Shown: in pieces, positions 57,112 through 64,000 of the stretch
Numbering within the stretch: the first letter of the stretch is position 1
Layout: every line of letters starts with the position of its first letter
From: the human T2T-CHM13v2.0 reference genome, Homo sapiens
Length of the DNA: 64,000 nucleotides
Direction: 5' to 3' (one strand)
NCBI RefSeq assembly: GCF_009914755.1
Contig: NC_060925.1
Made by a program: the position numbers and the translations under genes
Notes under the pieces: model-generated
What the model was told of the DNA's origin: nothing
What the model saw: only the letters and a program-made list of their open reading frames with translations
The model's database searches: none

Positions 57112-57587
57112 CTAGATAAATCGTAAGGTCTGTGAGAATGAAGATAGTTCTGCGTTTCACATCCCTTACAGCACCAGCATCACAGAGATTCACAGCAGAT
57201 ACTCAATGAATAATTAGACTCATCTCATCCTAAGTCTAGATAGGACCTTTCATGTCTTCTGTTTTAACCACCACCTGATGTCTGAATTTCTTCTGTGTTG
57301 TGATACTGTGGCTGACTGTATTTTGCAATCATGGCCATCACATAAACTCTCATGCCATCAACTGATGAGACCCAAAACAAGAGACCCTAAGTGAGAGCCA
57401 CCCAGCTGAGCCCAGTCAAACCACAGAACCGTGAAGCATAATAAAGTACTGTTTGAAGTCACTAAGTTTTAGAGTGGTTCTTACTTAGCAGTAGATAACC
57501 AGGACACATACCAAGATGAATGTCTGTGTTTTCAACACAAAGTGTCAATAACACTGATAACTATGGCAAATAGCATTGAGAGCTTAA

Positions 57588-57845
<258 letters not shown>

Positions 57846-58081
57846 TGAACTCCTGACCTCAGGTGTTCTGCCCACCTCAGCCTCCCAAAGTGTTGGGATT
57901 ACAGGCATGAGCCACCACACCTGGCCAGCACTTGTATTAATTCATGTAAACCTAATATCCACCCTTTGAGATGGGTTCTGTTATCATCCTCACTTAATAG
58001 GTAATGACAAAGGCTCAGAAAGGTTAAGAAGGTTGCATGGGTAGTAAGCATCAGAGCTAGGCAGTCTGATTCCAGTATTAC

Positions 58082-58128
58082 CACTATACTATACTATACT
58101 ATACTATACTATACTATACCATACCATA
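58082..58128 (+). repeat. (TATAC)n pentanucleotide repeat
   Basis: ACTATACTATACTATAC... decaying to CCATA units. Confidence 0.9.
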
Positions 58129-58380
58129 TGTACTATTACTTTACTGATATATCCCTAAGAGGAAATCCCTGAGATCTGGTATCTCCCAGATACTGGGACA
58201 TCATCCTATGCCCTCCTGCTTGCCTACCTGTCTTTTCCACAGACCTATATCTACCATTTAAATCAGTGTCCTTGTGAATACCCAGACATGTTGTTTCTTC
58301 CAACTGCCTGAGCTACCCTACACCAAGCACAAACTTACACATTTTCAATCCAGAAAGTGCCCAGACAGTGCCATCCTTAC

Positions 58381-58909
58381 CCAGGCCACGAGGCTGATCT
58401 CAGCTCCTCAGCCAGCTTCCCTTCTAGTCAATTTTTTGGGAGCTGGGCCTCCAGCTGGGATACTCTCTGGATGAGACTCTTCAGGTCCTTTTTGGCCTGA
58501 AGTCCTGGAGAGTAGAAAGCCCCAGTGCCATCAGACAGCCACACCTCATCCTCATCAGTGACACTATGAGGTGAAGACCCCTCCAGGGTGTCAAGAGCTC
58601 TCAGCTTCCAGGGTCTTTCCAGACTAGATGAATAATCACTTGTAACTGAGAGGGACTGGACCCGGCTCTTGAAGTTTTGAATGACCTTGTTGGCATTCTG
58701 CAGCTGGGCCTTCAGATCTTTGATGTCCTTTCATAGGACCCAGATGTTTTCTGACTTTCCATATACCCAGAACTCTTCCTGCCTCCCTAGTTCATTCTCC
58801 AAGGGCTTCCTCTCAGAGGAACTAGCCAGCGTTCAGCCCCGGCGCCCCTGCTCAGAGCACAGCCCCTCCACCAGGACCATTTCCTTGCGGCTGCTGTGCT
58901 CCTCATGCT
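58381..58909 (-). pseudogene. PDE4DIP duplicated exon B, 529 nt, three in-frame TGA stops
   Basis: TTTTTTCAG acceptor and GTAAGG donor; reads EHEEHSSRKEMVLVEGLCSEQGRRG*TLASSSERKPLENE...VL*KDIKDLKAQLQNANKVIQN...LPKN*LEGKLAEELRSASWPG. Stops at 58833-58835, 58731-58733 and 58428-58430. Confidence 0.88.
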
Positions 58910-60094
58910 CTGAAAAAAGACAAAGATGTCTTCCTAAATAAAAGTTGGATGTGCTGTTGTGGCCACTGCCTTTGAGAGGAGGCAGGTTTGGTCATGAGGA
59001 CAATAATTACTAGGGAATAAGGTGAAGTCGTACTTTATTCAACCCTGACACTGTACTAGGCATTCAAATACAGTATTTCTTATCCTCCTTATACCCACAA
59101 GTTAGGTTTCACCACTTTCTATTTTACTGACTGGGGAAACCAAAACTTAAAGAGAGGTGGTAAACCAGCTTGTTCTAGATCACTCAAACTAGCACATGGC
59201 AGAGCCTGAATTCAAATCCTCCAACGTCCTGTGTTCATTCCACACACACTGATGTTTCTCAAGCCATTAACATGGCCTTATCTAGTTAGGATAGCCACAA
59301 GAACGCAGGACAAGCTATTTCTGCATGCTGCAAGTTTAATGCTCTCTAAAGTTTACTATAATTTAAAAGTTTATTGGGTTACAACTGTGTGAAAAATAGG
59401 CAAAGGAAAATAAGACTTTGAATAAATATATCAGCATGTTAACATCAGTGTATTGGGGCAGTGGTAGTCAGAATGAGAACTAATCCACAGCATTTTACCC
59501 GATGCCAGACACTGTTCTAAAGCATTTTATAAGAATTTACTCATTTAATTGACATTAGTACCTGATGGGGTAGGTAGTTCCTTTATTACTATTTTAACAT
59601 TTGAAGAAACTGAGGCATAGGAAAGTTTACAAATTGGGATTTGAAGCAACAAGTCTGGCCCCAGGATCTTTTCTCTTAACTGCCACACTACACTTCCTCA
59701 AGAATGAGAGAGACTGTGTTTTTCTTCTCTTCTCGTTTTGAATGTGGTGGGTGGCCCTATAGTTGTAGTCCTTTTATAATGCAAACCAAAATTATTTTTA
59801 ACTTATGGTTTGCATGTTTCCAAAACCTCATGTGGTCTCTAAGTAGGCCTTAGTATTTCTATAATAATCAGTTGGATAGAACTTCATATGATTATTATTA
59901 TTATTAGCAGTATGCCACAAACTCATTGTAGAAATTCAAACTTATACTCAGCCTCATTTTGGGTAAGAGTTCTCCTATTAACCTCCTGTCCTCCTCTTCC
60001 CCACTACTTGTCAGGTGTGGAATTGGCCAACAGCACCCAAATGTGACAGCTGACTCCAGGGAGGGAAGGTGAGCCCCACACCCTGTGCTCTTAC

Positions 60095-60211
60095 CGGGAC
60101 TGGTGGATTCCTCCTGTTCAGCCTCATTCTTGCTTTGACCACAAGTCTCATAGCCCAGGTCCTGGAGGTCCACCTGGACCTGCTTGCTGTCCTGCTTCAG
60201 CAAGGGTTCAC
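60095..60211 (-). pseudogene. PDE4DIP (myomegalin) duplicated exon A, 117 nt
   Basis: Flanked by CAG acceptor and GTAAG donor; translates GEPLLKQDSKQVQVDLQDLGYETCGQSKNEAEQEESTSP, recognisable myomegalin sequence. Confidence 0.88.
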
Positions 60212-61141
60212 CTGCGTGGGAAGAGACAGCAGGTGTTACAGAATGTCTGAATTTCCCACATATGCCCTGAGCCTCAATGGCACATACCCTAACCTTGTGG
60301 GGCAGGGAGGGCAGATCCACAGTGCGAGAGAAGCTTCTTTGAACTGGTGGGAGAAGAGACCACCAGCTCCAGGAAGCAGAATTTCTTTCCACAGGAGGAG
60401 CCTGCATTTGCCATTGATAATCTCCCCTTCAGATAACCTAGGCCTTAGTTGGGACAAGGTATCTGTAAGTCAGGGATTGTGTACTCTCATCTCTAGCAGC
60501 CCCACTGAAGCTGGCAAGTGCTTTATCAGCAGGGGTTCAATAAATGTTGAATGTAAAACATGGCTGATTACTTTTTATTTTCAATCCAACAAATCTCCAT
60601 TTCTGGTGAGAAAATCTTGCCAAAACCAACCAAGCAAATGCATAAAAGTATATCAAAAAGAAAATGAAAGCTTCCCTGCCTCCCAATCCCACTTGCTTGG
60701 TGTCAGCTATTATTTATTACATGGAGGAAGGGGGCTAGGCACCCAGGAAGTCCCAAGTCCTGTTCTGACAATCATCTGGCCTCCCTGGGCAAAGGGAAAA
60801 GAGGGAAGGCAAAAAGAATATAACATTACTGTTTGCAGAAATTTCCCCTTGGTACAGGAAACTCTGGTAAACTGAGAGAGTATGTTTTCCATGAGGGAGG
60901 CCTCAAGGGCTCTTCTCTGGCCCTAAGCCCAAACTGGATTTTGCCTCATTTTCTAAGATGCAAAGGAAATGGTAAAAGTTGATCAAAGGAGAGGGCAGAG
61001 AAAGAAAGAGGACGACTCCTCCATCTCAGGTCCACCTTCCTCGGTGTTGCTTGAGGGATCAGAGGAAATGCATGAACAGAGGTGCGTGGGAACTACGGCT
61101 GCTCTGTGAACTCAGTGCCCTCCAGTTACGAGCTATTGTGA

Positions 61142-61213
61142 GGTTCCATGATGTAATGGCGAGCGCTTTGGACTCTGAGTACGGTGATCAGCGTTCAAGT
61201 CTCAGTGGGACCT
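61142..61213 (+). pseudogene. tRNA-Gln (CTG), degenerate
   Basis: GGTTCCATGATGTAATGGCGAGCGCTTTGGACTCTGAGTACGGTGATCAGCGTTCAAGTCTCAGTGGGACCT aligns with tRNA-Gln-CTG. Acceptor stem intact; T and anticodon stems mismatched. Confidence 0.82.
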
Positions 61214-64000
61214 TTCTGTATAATGCCAATGATATTCCTATTGCTCCCTAAGCGGAATGGGGGAAATTGCCCCAGTCATGGTCACCCACCGTCCAGGCCA
61301 CTGGCTGTGTGCAATTGGAGTCCTAGACCCAGCGACCCAGCAAGACCCCTCCCCTCTCAGGGTGACCCTGGGCCTCCAGGTGACAGGTCTCCTCCACTGA
61401 AAAGGCTGCCTCCCCTCAATCCTAGACCCTGAGTTTTCTTTTATACATGTCATTGGGCCATTGCCCTGTGTCTCTTTGGAAGAAATGACCTATATGAAAA
61501 ACTTTACTTCCGGGATTCCCTAATTCCTTCATCCCTTAGGACGGCGCAGTTTTTCAGCTCCTGGTCTTGGCTCCAGTTCTAATGCACACGTTTCATTTTA
61601 TTGTCATGGGATCCCCTCCAACAGGCTACCACTGGATTCCTGTCCTTGGGGTCTCTGTGGATGGCAACCAGATGCTGCTCTTGTCCCAGATCCTGACACC
61701 TCTCTCCAGGGAATTGCCTCCCTTAGCCTCCTAAATCAGCCAATATTTAGATTTGGGCCTGGGATCGCAGCAACTGTGGAGAACAGAGGTTCCCGATCCC
61801 TGGCCAGCCTCCCGCAGTGAAGGGGAGAGGAGCACAGCAGCTGGGAGGGGCAAGTCTGGGGCCCTGGGCAACCCCCTTCTTCCTGCCCAGACTCTGCTCC
61901 AAGGAGCAGTTGCCTTAGGACCAGATCAGATGGAAACTCTTTTGTTCTCTTCTCATCAGCAGAAAAATTTAGGCAAGAGCTCTGGAGGACGTTCCTAGCT
62001 CCTAAAAATGGTGTGGCCAAATCTCTCCAGTTTTGGAAATGCCCAAGGTTACCAAGTATTTTGAGGGCTCACTTTGGAGCCTCTGAAAAGGAGGGGTGAG
62101 GGCCCATGGAAGGTACCTGAGGGATGCAGGGGAGAGAGGGGAAAGAGCAGACAGGAGGGAGGAGAGAAGGAAGGAAGGGGAGAAAGGGTGTGTGAGGGCC
62201 AGGAGCCAGGATTCACCCTGACAGTTCAGTGACTGCTCCCTTCCAACAAGCTTCCCACTGTGGCACCTTCTAGCAGGTGGTTTCCATCTCTTATTGATGT
62301 CCTAAGACCTTGGCTCTATGGAACGGTTCTGTTCTATTTGTCTGGCATGAGTCCTGGCAAAGTTTCTTTTTCACCATTTGGGGGATGAGATGGGGGTATA
62401 TAGGTTTGCAAGTGACTAGGAGCTAAGTCAGGAACTTGTGGAGCCACTCAGAGTCAACTGTCAAGTAGCCTCCTTCTCCCATTCCCCTGCAGGACGATTG
62501 CCTGCAAGACAGGGCCTGGAGAAGGCCAGGGCACCCAAGGCCACAGAAATGCCCAGGGATGAGTCCCGGCTGGAGATGCCTTGGCTGAACTCACTGTGTA
62601 CTTCCAGGGCGCACAGGGCAGGTACTCTGGGGGTCTGGCCGGGAGACTGAGCAAGGGGACCAGGGAGGTTGTGTAGCAGGCTTCTGCACAGCAAGGCAGA
62701 CATTCTTCTTGGAGCCCCCAACCCAAATCAGGTCTTCCACCTCCTCTTCCTAAAGACCCTTTACTGCAGTCATTCTTTTACTAGAACTGCAAGTTTATAG
62801 AACATAGATTTCAGTGTGCTCATCTGGCCAACCATCTTCAGTGGCCAATGCCCAAGGTAACCTCCCTCCCTACCAAGACCTGAACTCAGAGCCTTACCTA
62901 AGGAGAAGATGTCCTGTTCTTTCTTTCCCACCAGAACTGCCCTGGCCCAGACCCCATTTCTGTCTGGTGACCAGGACAGTCCCCTCACCAGTCTCCCAGG
63001 TTGGGGAGGGCAGATTCTCCTCAGCTCCCTGCCCCTGAGAGACCCCAACAGCCTTGCGTGGCTCCAGCCCACAGAGGGCTATCCATGGCCCATATCTCTC
63101 AAAACTCTCCCCTCCCACTCTGAATCCACCCTCTACTGCATGCTCCCCTCACAGAACAGACATGGGTTTTTTTTTGTGTCCTCGTTTTGCCTACCCATAC
63201 CCCAGATTGACTTTTCTGTCTCAGAACTACCTGTCCCTCTTTGGACAGTGTCTTCTTGGTACTACACATGAAGATGTCCTGCTCTCCCCTGCTCAAGGAG
63301 AGAGTGCCTGACCTGAGCTGGGCCCATCAGATCCAGTACTTACCCGGAATAGGAAAAAGATGGAGAGGGTGACCAAAGATTACAAAAATCTCTGAAGCTT
63401 ATCCACTTGAGAGAGAGTCCCTGAAGATACTGGCCTTTCATTTCCTGCTATGTATATCCAGTGTGACTGAACTCTGAATAACATATACAAGTTATAATAA
63501 TGTAGTAGTTGGCCCTCAAACTAGGACACAAACATGTTAGAGGGTAAGGTAGTGAGAGGCATGTTTGGGGGTGGTGGTGATGAGCAAGTATGTGAAGGAG
63601 AGATAGTGCCTACGCTTGAAAATCAAAAAGGAATAATATCTATTTAGACATAAGGAGATAAATAACTAAATACTTGCTTCTATGTGATGAAACTCTGGGA
63701 GTACACAAGGGGACTGCTGTTTTACTAAACAAATTTTCCAGTCTATATAACTTTGATAAGGTATCCAAATAAAAAAATTCCTTTCCCATATATGTATGTG
63801 TATATATATGTATTTGTATACACATATATGTTTGCATTTTTGTATTTTGAATATAAATTTTTATAGAGTCCTGTGAACCCCTCTTTTCAATTAGGATTTG
63901 AGTTTGATGTCATGCATGCAATGTGATCCCACTGTGTGACTACAGAAATGTTGGCAAAAGTAAGTTCAGAGGAAATGGTAGGCAAGTACTTCCCAGTTTT

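Noticed and set aside
60069-60875. 268-aa plus-strand ORF
   Set aside because: Antisense to PDE4DIP exon A and its intron, begins at GTG, and has no recognisable homology.
63344-63444. Possible minus-strand exon (CAG acceptor, GG|GTAAGT donor)
   Set aside because: Good donor but poor polypyrimidine tract and no recognisable coding content; unsupported without transcript data.

Overview
Human (hominid) segmental-duplication DNA. Gene content and spacing match my recollection of the 1p36.13 RNU1 locus (CROCCP3 - RNU1-1 - tRNAs - FAM231B - PDE4DIP pseudogene, towards NBPF1); that locus assignment is recalled, not searched. The window holds a full-length U1 snRNA gene (21819-21982, minus) with PSE, DSE and 3' box and one substitution from canonical U1 (G51A). 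It also has a diverged variant U1 (41774-41922) and a third U1 remnant cut by an LTR (~14143). There are three apparently intact tRNA genes (Asn-GTT, Glu-TTC, Gly-CCC) and five decayed tRNAs (Asn, His x2, Val, Gln). Also present are three duplicated PDE4DIP exons with in-frame stops, the FAM231-type ORF, three CpG islands, and dense Alu/L1/LTR/ERV repeats. No well-supported protein-coding gene is present, and most six-frame ORFs are Alu- or GC-derived. The most notable hidden structure is a set of old internal duplications of U1 and tRNA cassettes with their flanks, readable through filled versus empty Alu sites. I found no evidence of a wholly new biological system. Repeat boundaries and subfamilies are approximate and assigned by eye.
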